Source: a virus. Taken from it: a stretch of 64,000 nt of DNA. Position numbers and translations under genes: made by a program. The DNA is taken from positions 1 through 64,000 of the IMG/VR virus record IMGVR_UViG_3300025892_002268; one strand, written 5' to 3'. Positions 1 to 8,520 of the stretch are shown here, piece by piece (positions within the stretch are counted from its first letter, which is position 1; every line of letters starts with the position of its first letter). The notes beneath the pieces are model-generated. The model was not told the origin of the DNA, searched no databases, and saw only the letters and a program-made list of their open reading frames with translations.

Positions 1-7
1 AGTTCAC

Positions 8-295
8 TTGCGATTTGAGACAGCGTGGAGTCCTCCTTATGGATGGTACGAAGCACTGAACGCCTTGGATATGACTGTTGAAGCATATTATTTTGAATCA
101 CTGATGCAGTTCTGTGGTCAATGGTCAAATCCAGTAGAAGGTATAGTTGATGAACATATAGATTTTACAGATCATGGTGAGATACCTTATACTATACAAC
201 AGGTATTCAACACAGAAGAATTTTATCAAGATACAGAAGACTTTTACGATCACGATTCAGACGTAGATCAAGCTACAGGAGACTTAATAGAATAA
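8..295 (+). CDS. 5'-truncated DUF1281/YubB-like ferredoxin-fold protein
   Basis: FETAWSPP motif; runs off window start. Confidence 0.5.
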   Translation: MRFETAWSPPYGWYEALNALDMTVEAYYFESLMQFCGQWSNPVEGIVDEHIDFTDHGEIPYTIQQVFNTEEFYQDTEDFYDHDSDVDQATGDLIE

Positions 296-680
296 TACAT
301 ATAGTGGAGCTAGCTACTCTGCTATAGGATGGTGGCTGAAAATGTGGTAGCCAGTATGAGATCACAACAGCACACGACGCTCTGGAGGACGACCAAGTGG
401 TACACAGTCTGGAGATAGTGGTTAAAAGTAGGGACCATGACATATCATACCCTGAAAATTTGGAGGTAATAAAATAAGTCCTCCCCATCCACAATACAAT
501 CATGTGTATATATTACCTCTAACACGGAGGTATAGAAAATGGAGACTATGATACAAATATTACTATTCATTTTTATTTACACACTACTATGGTTGACGGA
601 TTTTTCTAATGAATGACACATACTATATAATTGCTTGGATACTTTCTAATATAAGTATTATCCTGTACACCCTATTGTGA

Positions 681-720
681 GGGGGTGCGGGGCGGGCTGG
701 AAAACCCCCTTATTGGGGGG
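681..720 (+). repeat. G-rich repeat element copy 1 (GGGGGTGCGGGGCGGGCTGGAAAACCCCC..GGGGGG)
   Basis: near-identical copies at 2486-2526 and 4300-4340, each upstream of a promoter. Confidence 0.9.
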
Positions 721-755
721 TATATAAATATCTAAATAAAACTAAAGAATATCTA

Positions 756-783
756 TTGACATAGACGATGTATATAGTATAAT
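756..783 (+). promoter_or_regulatory. sigma70-like early promoter
   Basis: CTAAAG..TTGACA-N16 (contains GACGAT)-TATAAT. Confidence 0.85.
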
Positions 784-788
784 GATAT

Positions 789-899
789 AGTGGCGAGCAG
801 AGTTGCTTAGGCGTTACAGACCTCGATCCGGTCACTCAAGTCTGTGAGTGTAAAGATCGGAGACGACCTACTGGGTGCAAGTCCTAGTGTCCACTGCCA
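789..899 (+). ncRNA. candidate tRNA-like structured RNA with encoded CCA
   Basis: starts at predicted TSS; AGTGG/CCACT acceptor-like stem + G-CCA; T-like arm CTGGG-TGCAAGT-CCTAG; long central domain with possible pseudoknot. Confidence 0.55.
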
Positions 900-904
900 A
901 TACA

Positions 905-1080
905 TTAAGACGGATACGCAAACCACGACCTGATTCCTGAACGGGAAGGGCATGAGAGGCGTAAAGGTGTGAAGCAGAATGACGTTATGCGACAGCTTCA
1001 CAGGAAACTGCAAACCCTGATACGGGCCAAGCACCTAAGTTCTATTATGTCTTACTCTACCTGTAAAGGTCGTGAGCAAA
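905..1080 (+). ncRNA. candidate multibranched structured RNA
   Basis: nested stems CACGACCT/AGGTCGTG, AGGGCATGA/TTATGTCTT, AGGTG/CACCT, TGAAGC/GCTTCA, CAG-GAAA-CTG; no credible + strand ORF. Confidence 0.45.
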
Positions 1081-1115
1081 ATGAGCAGTCAGCCAAAAAG
1101 AACTAAAGTTTACAG

Positions 1116-1144
1116 TTGACAAGTGCCGATAAGTATATTATAAT
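1116..1144 (+). promoter_or_regulatory. sigma70-like early promoter
   Basis: CTAAAG..TTGACA-N17 (GCCGAT)-TATAAT. Confidence 0.85.
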
Positions 1145-1163
1145 CAAACCAACCCACTAGGAG

Positions 1164-1883
1164 ATGATTATGAAGACTGCAAAAGGTAATGATAAACTTG
1201 GTAAAGAAAATTGTATTGTTGTTTCAAGGCCGGTAGGAGATACTTGTCCTCCATCGTGTGAATTTCTAGGTAACGGTTGCTATGCTGAACAACTAGAAAA
1301 AATCTATCCCGGTGTTCGCCCTGCTGGAATGCAAAACCTAATCACGGAGAAAAACAAGATCCGTGCTATGCTAATTAATGCAGAGAAAAAAGATAAAGAC
1401 TTGCGGTGGCATGAACGTGGCGATTTCTACAAGAATGGCTCTGAATTAGATATAGAGTACATTGATAATATATTATGGGCATGTCGTAGTATATTAGCTG
1501 AAGGTGGTAAGCTACCTAAGATGTGGGCATATACTCATATCTATGATCCTAAACTATCTAGGATATTAGGTAAGTATATTACTATGTACGCAAGTGTTCA
1601 CAATCATGATGATGTAGCAAAAGCAAAAGCCGCAGGGTTTGAGTTGTTCGCATGGTGTGACAGCGACGAGAAGATCGCCCCAAAACGTCCAAGAGGCAAG
1701 AAAAAAGCTGATCAATGGCGTAGTGATTTGCCGAAGTTAGTTGTATTAGGTGATGACAGGTATATTACTTGTCCAGAGATTCGTCGTGGTCGTGGTGTTG
1801 TCACTTGCACTAAATCAAAAAATAGTGTAAACTGTCAACTGTGCGTTCAAGGTTTAGCGAATGTTTTATTTCCATCCCACTAG
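1164..1883 (+). CDS. Gp88-like phage protein (Cys-rich)
   Basis: TCPPSC..CYA, RWHERGDF and WAYT motifs; AGGAG RBS. Confidence 0.55.
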   Translation: MIMKTAKGNDKLGKENCIVVSRPVGDTCPPSCEFLGNGCYAEQLEKIYPGVRPAGMQNLITEKNKIRAMLINAEKKDKDLRWHERGDFYKNGSELDIEYIDNILWACRSILAEGGKLPKMWAYTHIYDPKLSRILGKYITMYASVHNHDDVAKAKAAGFELFAWCDSDEKIAPKRPRGKKKADQWRSDLPKLVVLGDDRYITCPEIRRGRGVVTCTKSKNSVNCQLCVQGLANVLFPSH

Positions 1884-2064
1884 GAGAATAGAATGAATGA
1901 TCCCATCTTTGATCTTTGGATCTGCTCTATAAAAGAACAATTACAGGAAGATATTATATCATATTTTCAATGTGCCTCTTTATATCCACCCTTCGTCTTC
2001 ACTGAGGAAACTAAGGAAACTATGGTAGATGATCTATGCGACCTAGTATGTAAAGGACTATCCG

Positions 2065-2292
2065 ATGGCTAAATATTATATTAAGACAGGTACACTAGAA
2101 CTTATTTTTTCAACAGACAAGGAGCCTTATGATGCTTGCCGCAGAGTTATACATGAACTCAATGCCAATGATGAGTATGATGAGTATATGTATCTTGATG
2201 AGCGTGGGTACAGGGACTATACTTCTGCTGACACAACCACGTTTGTAATTGATACAGAACAAATACTTAGAAAGGAAGGATATATAAAATGA
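2065..2292 (+). CDS. hypothetical phage protein
   Basis: ORF with RBS in early region. Confidence 0.6.
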   Translation: MAKYYIKTGTLELIFSTDKEPYDACRRVIHELNANDEYDEYMYLDERGYRDYTSADTTTFVIDTEQILRKEGYIK

Positions 2293-2492
2293 TAGACTCT
2301 ATGAAACTTACTAAACATGATTATGAAATGATTGCAGACATACTAGACGCTCACTACGAGGAAACTGTTGAGCTACAAAAAAACCACTATCTAAATGATG
2401 ATACTGATTACTTTAAACAATTAGAATACTTAGAAGAATTAATTGATAAGGTAGTATATATGGTAGGTGTGTGTAGTTCGGAAGAGGGGTAG
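2289..2492 (+). CDS. hypothetical acidic phage protein
   Basis: ORF coupled to previous gene. Confidence 0.55.
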   Translation: MIDSMKLTKHDYEMIADILDAHYEETVELQKNHYLNDDTDYFKQLEYLEELIDKVVYMVGVCSSEEG

Positions 2493-2526
2493 CGGGGCGG
2501 GCCGGGAAACCCCTCTGAAGGGGGGG
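2486..2526 (+). repeat. G-rich repeat element copy 2
   Basis: GGGGTAGCGGGGCGGGCCGGGAAACCCCTCTGAAGGGGGGG. Confidence 0.9.
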
Positions 2527-2561
2527 CATATAAATATAAAAGAATAATTAAAGAAATATAC

Positions 2562-2589
2562 TTGACAAGGACGATATTAGTAGTATAAT
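2562..2589 (+). promoter_or_regulatory. sigma70-like early promoter
   Basis: TTAAAG..TTGACA-N16 (GACGAT)-TATAAT. Confidence 0.85.
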
Positions 2590-2724
2590 GAGGACATGAC
2601 AGCAAGGAGTTGTCAAACTTCCCACTAAGGAGACTAAGATGAGAAAGTTAAGTGCAGAAAGCGTCATTTACATTTTGAGTCAAGATCCAACGCAACAGTT
2701 GGGCGACATTGTTGGAGAACAAGA

Positions 2725-2943
2725 ATGAAGAACTATCAGTACTTTGCTCGACCTACTAAATCGAGTTTGGAAATTGTTCGTGCAGATAAGTTTACAGGCA
2801 TGAACATTGTGGGGTTTGCAGTTTCCGTTGCTGCTAATCAGAGTATTCGTGCCACTAAGAAACGTTGTAAGGTAAATCCTAATAACTGTATCTCAGTATC
2901 AGCACAATGGGTCCGTGACTATTCTAAAATGAAGAAAGGTTAA
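2725..2943 (+). CDS. hypothetical phage protein
   Basis: ORF with GGAG RBS. Confidence 0.6.
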   Translation: MKNYQYFARPTKSSLEIVRADKFTGMNIVGFAVSVAANQSIRATKKRCKVNPNNCISVSAQWVRDYSKMKKG

Positions 2944-2945
2944 TT

Positions 2946-3182
2946 ATGAATAAATCTACTTTTACTGTTGAGTTAGTTGGCAAAGGAGTTGACGAGCTTA
3001 CAATTTGTGGTATGCTTAAGGCTGCTGTAAATGGACTCGCTGATTATGACTGCGTAAGTCATACGGGTACAAAAGCACTGACTGAGCAGGGTTTGAAGGT
3101 TTGGGCGAAACGCAAGTGCAATATATCACTTGCTGTACCTAAACCAGCAAAGGCTGAGAAAAAAGTTCAAGTTGAGGCTTGA
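2946..3182 (+). CDS. hypothetical phage protein
   Basis: ORF with RBS. Confidence 0.6.
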   Translation: MNKSTFTVELVGKGVDELTICGMLKAAVNGLADYDCVSHTGTKALTEQGLKVWAKRKCNISLAVPKPAKAEKKVQVEA

Positions 3183-3206
3183 CATTGGACGATAAGATGG
3201 TATACT
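3179..3206 (+). promoter_or_regulatory. sigma70-like early promoter
   Basis: TTGACA-N16 (GACGAT)-TATACT. Confidence 0.8.
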
Positions 3207-3378
3207 GGATGTAACGACAGGAGTTGATTATGAAACCAGTAGTTGGTATCGGGAGCAATACTAAGTATGGTAGAGTTCTCAAGGTTCAACATGACGGTGT
3301 AGTTGTGGAGAACAGTAGAGGCGAGAGGGAAGTTGTTTCCTTCCGAAAGATTGAAAGTACTTTGAAAGGTGTTAAAAA

Positions 3379-3594
3379 ATGAGTTACGTTGTACTAGCCA
3401 AAGCAGTCCGCAAGGGCAAGACGATTCGTTGCAAGTATCCAAAGCATGGACGGCTTAACGTCCTCAAGTGGCACGAAGGTGTCATTCACCGATCTGGCAC
3501 TGGGCCAAACGGTAAGTATGCAGTTGTGCAGTCCGGTGATGGACAGTTCCGCACTCTGCGATGCGACAAGATGATCGAAGCTACCTTGTCGTAA
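3379..3594 (+). CDS. hypothetical small beta-barrel-like protein
   Basis: ORF with AAGGTG RBS. Confidence 0.55.
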   Translation: MSYVVLAKAVRKGKTIRCKYPKHGRLNVLKWHEGVIHRSGTGPNGKYAVVQSGDGQFRTLRCDKMIEATLS

Positions 3595-3927
3595 ACTCCT
3601 CACAGGAGGGTGGCATGTCGTGAATGACTTTTTGTTTACTCGGCATGTCGCCCTGACTGTTAGTCTAGGAATTACATGATTGAATTATTCATTATGATTT
3701 TTATATGGTCGATGATTTTTAAGGGAGAATAATAATAATATGCGCGGGATAGTTAGACTCACACCAATGATTAAGAATAAAATTAATACTGCGGCTATAC
3801 TCATCCTACCTACTATTTTATACTCTGGCTGTGCAATAATTCCTAATAAAAATACAATCACACTCAACAAGACGATTGAACTTGACGAACGGGCTATTGA
3901 GAAACTTAACGTAGGAGTGCGACTAGA

Positions 3928-4191
3928 ATGGATACGGTAACAAACAAAAGACTGATCGTTGAATTTTCTGGCTGGATGGAATGCGACCCTGAAAAAACAA
4001 GTTTTGTATATGTTGGCAGCGATCCATTCGAGGGCGTGATGGGTGGTGATATACATATTACAGGCAGGGAATACATGACATTATCACCAGAGCAGCAGGG
4101 TGATTTTATACTCCACTGCTTGGGTGAAACTTATATGGATTCTCTGGATGGTGAACTCATACATTGTGATGTGGAGGTAGATGATGAATGA
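3928..4191 (+). CDS. hypothetical acidic phage protein
   Basis: ORF with AGGAG RBS. Confidence 0.6.
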   Translation: MDTVTNKRLIVEFSGWMECDPEKTSFVYVGSDPFEGVMGGDIHITGREYMTLSPEQQGDFILHCLGETYMDSLDGELIHCDVEVDDE

Positions 4192-4299
4192 TAGACAATT
4201 CTTACAATCATTACTAAAAATCTGTGCTATGAATATAGAAAACAATGAATTTGAACAGATGTATATTATGATATTTGAACACCTTAATCCCCCCGAATA

Positions 4300-4340
4300 G
4301 GGGGAAGCGGGGCGGGCCGGGAAACCCCCCAACGGTGGGG
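4300..4340 (+). repeat. G-rich repeat element copy 3
   Basis: GGGGGAAGCGGGGCGGGCCGGGAAACCCCCCAACGGTGGGG. Confidence 0.9.
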
Positions 4341-4375
4341 TATAAAAATTTCTTTTAATCTCTAAAGATTACCCC

Positions 4376-4403
4376 TTGACAGTGCCGATGTATATAGTAT
4401 ACT
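4376..4403 (+). promoter_or_regulatory. sigma70-like early promoter
   Basis: CTAAAG..TTGACA-N16 (GCCGAT)-TATACT. Confidence 0.85.
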
Positions 4404-4421
4404 GGTAGATAAGGAGATAAC

Positions 4422-4649
4422 ATGGTAAGCACAGCAAGTCAGTCATACAGTGTACGTTGTAATTTATGTTCTAAGGAATATAATATTATAGCAGACAGAA
4501 ATGATATGGAGGCTTGGATATCTGGTGATAAGTTTATTCAGGATGCGTTGGCATACCTTTCAGCAGCAGAGCGAGAGTTGTTGATCTCTCAAACGTGTGG
4601 CAGTTGTTGGAATAATTTATATCCCAATGATGTTGACATTGAAGAATAG
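4422..4649 (+). CDS. small Zn-finger phage protein
   Basis: CNLC..CGSC; AAGGAG RBS. Confidence 0.65.
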   Translation: MVSTASQSYSVRCNLCSKEYNIIADRNDMEAWISGDKFIQDALAYLSAAERELLISQTCGSCWNNLYPNDVDIEE

Positions 4650-4692
4650 TATGTTAAAATTTGAGTAGTTAGATTTTTCCCACTAAGGAGTT

Positions 4693-5922
4693 TTGAATAT
4701 GAGCGATTACGAAAAGTTGACCCCAAGCACTGAGACTCGTGGCGATGGCGAGTTCGTCAAGAATCTGCAAGGGCAGTTTGGTACAGGTGTCCAAGGTGGC
4801 ACTCATGTCCACAAAGATTGGTGGGCTAAAACATTGTCATATGATGATGTCATGAATAAGGTTCAAGCGGACATTGACAACCGCGAGGACATTATGATTC
4901 CCGCTAAGAATATTATCTTTAATATGAATAAGGATAATGCTCTCTGCATTACTACGCCACAGGGTCAACAGTTTGTCCCTACTGATTGGGCTATGCAGCA
5001 ACTCTCAACACGCATGGATGCACCTAGTGCTTCCGCACTTCGTGAGATGCGTAACCAGAAAGAGTACGACAAGCAGGACGGACAGCTTATGGTTGACTAC
5101 TGCAACAACTACTTTCGTAGAGTGAAAGAGAAGAATTCAGACAAGGAATTTCGATTGCGTACATACAACGATGGAACCTGTCGAGCCTTCGTGACTGACA
5201 AGTATACTCCAGTGGATAATCGCTGGTATCTTGAGGCTCTCAAGGAATTTCTACCACAAGCCCGTTATTCCCATTGGAAGGGTGACGAGGATACCATATT
5301 TGGTAATCTTCTCCTGCCTGATTCAATCATGGACTACGGACAAGACGACGACACAGACTACGGTGGTATGGTTTCCATATCCAACTGTGAAATCGGCAAG
5401 CGTAGAATCTCACAGTACCCTAGTATCTTTCGTGCTATCTGCATGAACGGGTGCATCTGGGGACAGCAGAAGGGTAAAGATGTCAACAAAGTACACCGAG
5501 GTACGATTGACCTTGACGCTCTGAAGGTTGCACTCGCTGAGAATATTGAGTTCCAGTTATCTATTCTACCTGATGGCATTCGTAAGTTCCTCGACACTCG
5601 CAGTAAAGAGTTCGATGTTAAGTTTACTAGCCACAAGGGTATGGTTGCAGCGATTGCGTCTGAGTACAGACTTGACAAGCGACTCGCTACAAATACTCTG
5701 GAGCAATATGTCAAACATGAATTTGAGCATCACAATTTGTTTGGGGTTATCAATTCCCTGACTCGTGCTGGTCAAAACTTTGACAGTCAAACATGGGTGA
5801 ACGTCGATACCATCGGCGGCAAGCTGATGCAGATGAATGCTACCAAGTGGCACAACCTGCAAGCCAAAGCCCAGAACATGACAGACAAGGACTTCGACAA
5901 GACCTTTACTCTGACAGCTTAG
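4693..5922 (+). CDS. DUF932-like phage protein
   Basis: ISNCEIG..FRAICMNG motif; own promoter at 4633-4660; TAAGGAG RBS. Confidence 0.6.
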   Translation: MNMSDYEKLTPSTETRGDGEFVKNLQGQFGTGVQGGTHVHKDWWAKTLSYDDVMNKVQADIDNREDIMIPAKNIIFNMNKDNALCITTPQGQQFVPTDWAMQQLSTRMDAPSASALREMRNQKEYDKQDGQLMVDYCNNYFRRVKEKNSDKEFRLRTYNDGTCRAFVTDKYTPVDNRWYLEALKEFLPQARYSHWKGDEDTIFGNLLLPDSIMDYGQDDDTDYGGMVSISNCEIGKRRISQYPSIFRAICMNGCIWGQQKGKDVNKVHRGTIDLDALKVALAENIEFQLSILPDGIRKFLDTRSKEFDVKFTSHKGMVAAIASEYRLDKRLATNTLEQYVKHEFEHHNLFGVINSLTRAGQNFDSQTWVNVDTIGGKLMQMNATKWHNLQAKAQNMTDKDFDKTFTLTA

Positions 5923-6198
5923 TGGGAAGGTGTAGCGGCGGCTGGGGCAAATATTCATACTATTATCTCGCCTCAGTCGCTGCTCCCTACCCCCTCTTGC
6001 GAGGGGATTCGGGGCCGGGATACATACCCCCTATTATAAGTATGTAATTATGTACACGTATTGGATAAATGTTTATGTATATGGTATGATGGTATAAGGG
6101 TGTATAGGTAGGATAGTAAAGATGTATAATATGTACAACCCAACCCGCGCAGGTCGCGCCATTATGGGTAGCCAGTGAAAATCGACTAAAGTTGGAGG

Positions 6199-6227
6199 TT
6201 GACACGAGACGATAAAAATGATAGAAT
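6199..6227 (+). promoter_or_regulatory. sigma70-like early promoter
   Basis: CTAAAG..TTGACA-N17 (GACGAT)-TAGAAT. Confidence 0.8.
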
Positions 6228-6300
6228 TGTAAAGAGTCTTACTCGATCTGCAAAGGTCGTGAGCATTAGTGGTAGCCAGCAAAATAAGGAGATTATAATT

Positions 6301-6534
6301 ATGCAGAATGATAAAAAAATAGAACATAATCCAGAAGTATGTGATAAATTATTAGAGATGGTAGGTAAGCCAGATAATTATTACATGTGTAAGGGTATGA
6401 ATGTGTATGATGATAGATATAGAGTAAATGTATTTGTACGTGAGGATGTAGACGACCTTACTGGACATAAACTATATATTAAAGATTCATATTTTTGTAG
6501 GTATGATGGTAATGATTTAACTATTGTGTCTTAG
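6301..6534 (+). CDS. hypothetical phage protein
   Basis: start re-assigned to ATG after TAAGGAG. Confidence 0.6.
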   Translation: MQNDKKIEHNPEVCDKLLEMVGKPDNYYMCKGMNVYDDRYRVNVFVREDVDDLTGHKLYIKDSYFCRYDGNDLTIVS

Positions 6535-6589
6535 GTAATCTATTAAGATCATGCCGATTAACGGTAGCCAGCTAAAAAGGAGATTATAT

Positions 6590-7018
6590 ATGAAGATTAA
6601 ACGTGGACAAAAACTGTGTAAAGAATGTGGTCAGACATGTGGAGCTAGAGCTAAAAACTGTAAACACTGCAAGGCTCCGTTTGAGGTTCGCACAGACCCA
6701 GCGGTACGCATGAAACGAATTCGTAGCAAGGCGAAACGTAAGGGTCTTATAGAAGTCACTAATTGGCGAGAACTAAGGCCGGGACAGGAAGTGCATTATA
6801 ATGGTAGATCGGGGTCTTACTGGCTGAACAGCGATGGCACTAAAGACTATACTACTGATAAAGGTGTATATAAAGTTATAACAGTGTTAGATAAAGGATT
6901 TGGTGCGTATGGTAAAAAAGGATATACATTCTTTGATATGTCTACTGGACAATCTAATGTATGTTCTATGCTATACAATTCACCTTACAAAATACTTATT
7001 AAATCAGCCCAAGTTTAA
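6590..7018 (+). CDS. Zn-ribbon-containing basic protein
   Basis: CKEC..CKHC; start after AAGGAG. Confidence 0.6.
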   Translation: MKIKRGQKLCKECGQTCGARAKNCKHCKAPFEVRTDPAVRMKRIRSKAKRKGLIEVTNWRELRPGQEVHYNGRSGSYWLNSDGTKDYTTDKGVYKVITVLDKGFGAYGKKGYTFFDMSTGQSNVCSMLYNSPYKILIKSAQV

Positions 7019-7054
7019 TGATTTACACACACTATTTTATATAATAAGCCCCAA

Positions 7055-7351
7055 ATGAAATGGAGGAATTCTATGAAACGCCCCACTAAAAAAGCGTTCT
7101 ATGAATACATGTCTATAAGGTTTAATTGTACCTTTAAAAGTAATGAAGCTTATTTAACATTATTAGATGTTATTCAAGAAGCTGATAAGTCAGAGGAGTC
7201 TTTTATGGACTTAGCTGAACTTACACTAATGAATAAGACTGATAGATTAATATATAGAAATAGAATGGCCTGTGAGGGTGTAGAGATGACTCCCATGCAA
7301 GTAGATCAACATCTATGCATTGTTGAATATGGACTAGAGTATGTTTCTTAA
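7055..7351 (+). CDS. hypothetical phage protein
   Basis: ORF; probable start at 7073 after GGAGG. Confidence 0.55.
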   Translation: MKWRNSMKRPTKKAFYEYMSIRFNCTFKSNEAYLTLLDVIQEADKSEESFMDLAELTLMNKTDRLIYRNRMACEGVEMTPMQVDQHLCIVEYGLEYVS

Positions 7352-7704
7352 TTACTTAGATATCCTACATACATGTACTCTTATATACCTACTATCCATA
7401 GTACTCTTATACCTACGTAAGTATCCAATCTAATAATCATACTATTATAATAATGTATTGTGTCTCTACACGAGGTTCAAAATGAATAATTTATCTACCC
7501 AAGTATGTATGTGTAGTGGTCTATTAGGTATACTAGTACTATTACGTATATGTATCGTTATTTATAAGGTTATAGGTACACAGTAGTATTGCAAAAAACT
7601 ATCCCAAAAGACTATAATTCAATGGGTACAACTCCCACAGTTAAGGTGTTAAAGAAAAAAGAAAAGGGTAGAAAACCCACGAATAAAATAAAATAGGAAT
7701 AAAT

Positions 7705-8520
7705 ATGGATAAATACGTAGCTATAAGCATTATGTGTAGAGATGAAAATGAATATCTCCACGAATGGATAGATTATCATAGCTCAATCGGTGTTGATCAT
7801 TTTTACATATTTGATAACGATAGTCAAACGCCCATATCTGAAACATTAAAGCAGCAGGTTGAAAATGGACTTGTAACAGTTGAAAATATTTATGGAGTCG
7901 GAGATAAGGCAAGACAACAAAGAAGCCAATCTGAAGCTGTTAAGAAGCTTACAGAATATACATGGGTTGGACTATTGGATACTGATGAGTTTGTAGTATT
8001 GTTAGATGATTCAACTAACATAAAAGACTACCTAAAACAATATGAGATATACGGAGCTGTTGGCCTAAACTGGTTATTGTTTGGAGCTAATGGTCATGAA
8101 CATAAGCAGGAATCAATAATAGATTCGTTTACTCAGTCATGTCCTAATAATGGAGCAAATCAACATATCAAGAGCTTTGTAAGAACAAAATCATTTATAA
8201 ATAAGAATCATGATCCACATTTTGTGCATACAATACATGGAACAGTTAACGTAGATCTTGGAGCAATAGAAGGGCCATTTAATAACCCTCCTATATTAGA
8301 CAGAAAAATGAGAATAAATCATTATGTAACAAGAAGTATGGAAGATTATAATGAAAAAAGATTAAGAGGTCCGGGTGATGGTAATAGCGAAAAAAAGATT
8401 ACTAAATACTCAGATGATTTTTTTAAAGCATACAATAATGAAGACGTACAAAACTATGATATAATAAAGTTAAAAGAAAGAATAGATAATGAAAACTCTT
8501 CTGGCAATAACAACTTATAA
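7705..8520 (+). CDS. glycosyltransferase (GT92/GT2-like)
   Basis: DENEYLHEWIDYH..GVDHFYIFDNDS and LDTDEF motifs. Confidence 0.8.
   Translation: MDKYVAISIMCRDENEYLHEWIDYHSSIGVDHFYIFDNDSQTPISETLKQQVENGLVTVENIYGVGDKARQQRSQSEAVKKLTEYTWVGLLDTDEFVVLLDDSTNIKDYLKQYEIYGAVGLNWLLFGANGHEHKQESIIDSFTQSCPNNGANQHIKSFVRTKSFINKNHDPHFVHTIHGTVNVDLGAIEGPFNNPPILDRKMRINHYVTRSMEDYNEKRLRGPGDGNSEKKITKYSDDFFKAYNNEDVQNYDIIKLKERIDNENSSGNNNL

Noticed and set aside
905-1095. c-di-GMP-I riboswitch (ACGCAAACC.. and GGTAGCC-like words)
   Set aside because: The P1 GGCAAA..GAAA hairpin and correct spacing are not present.
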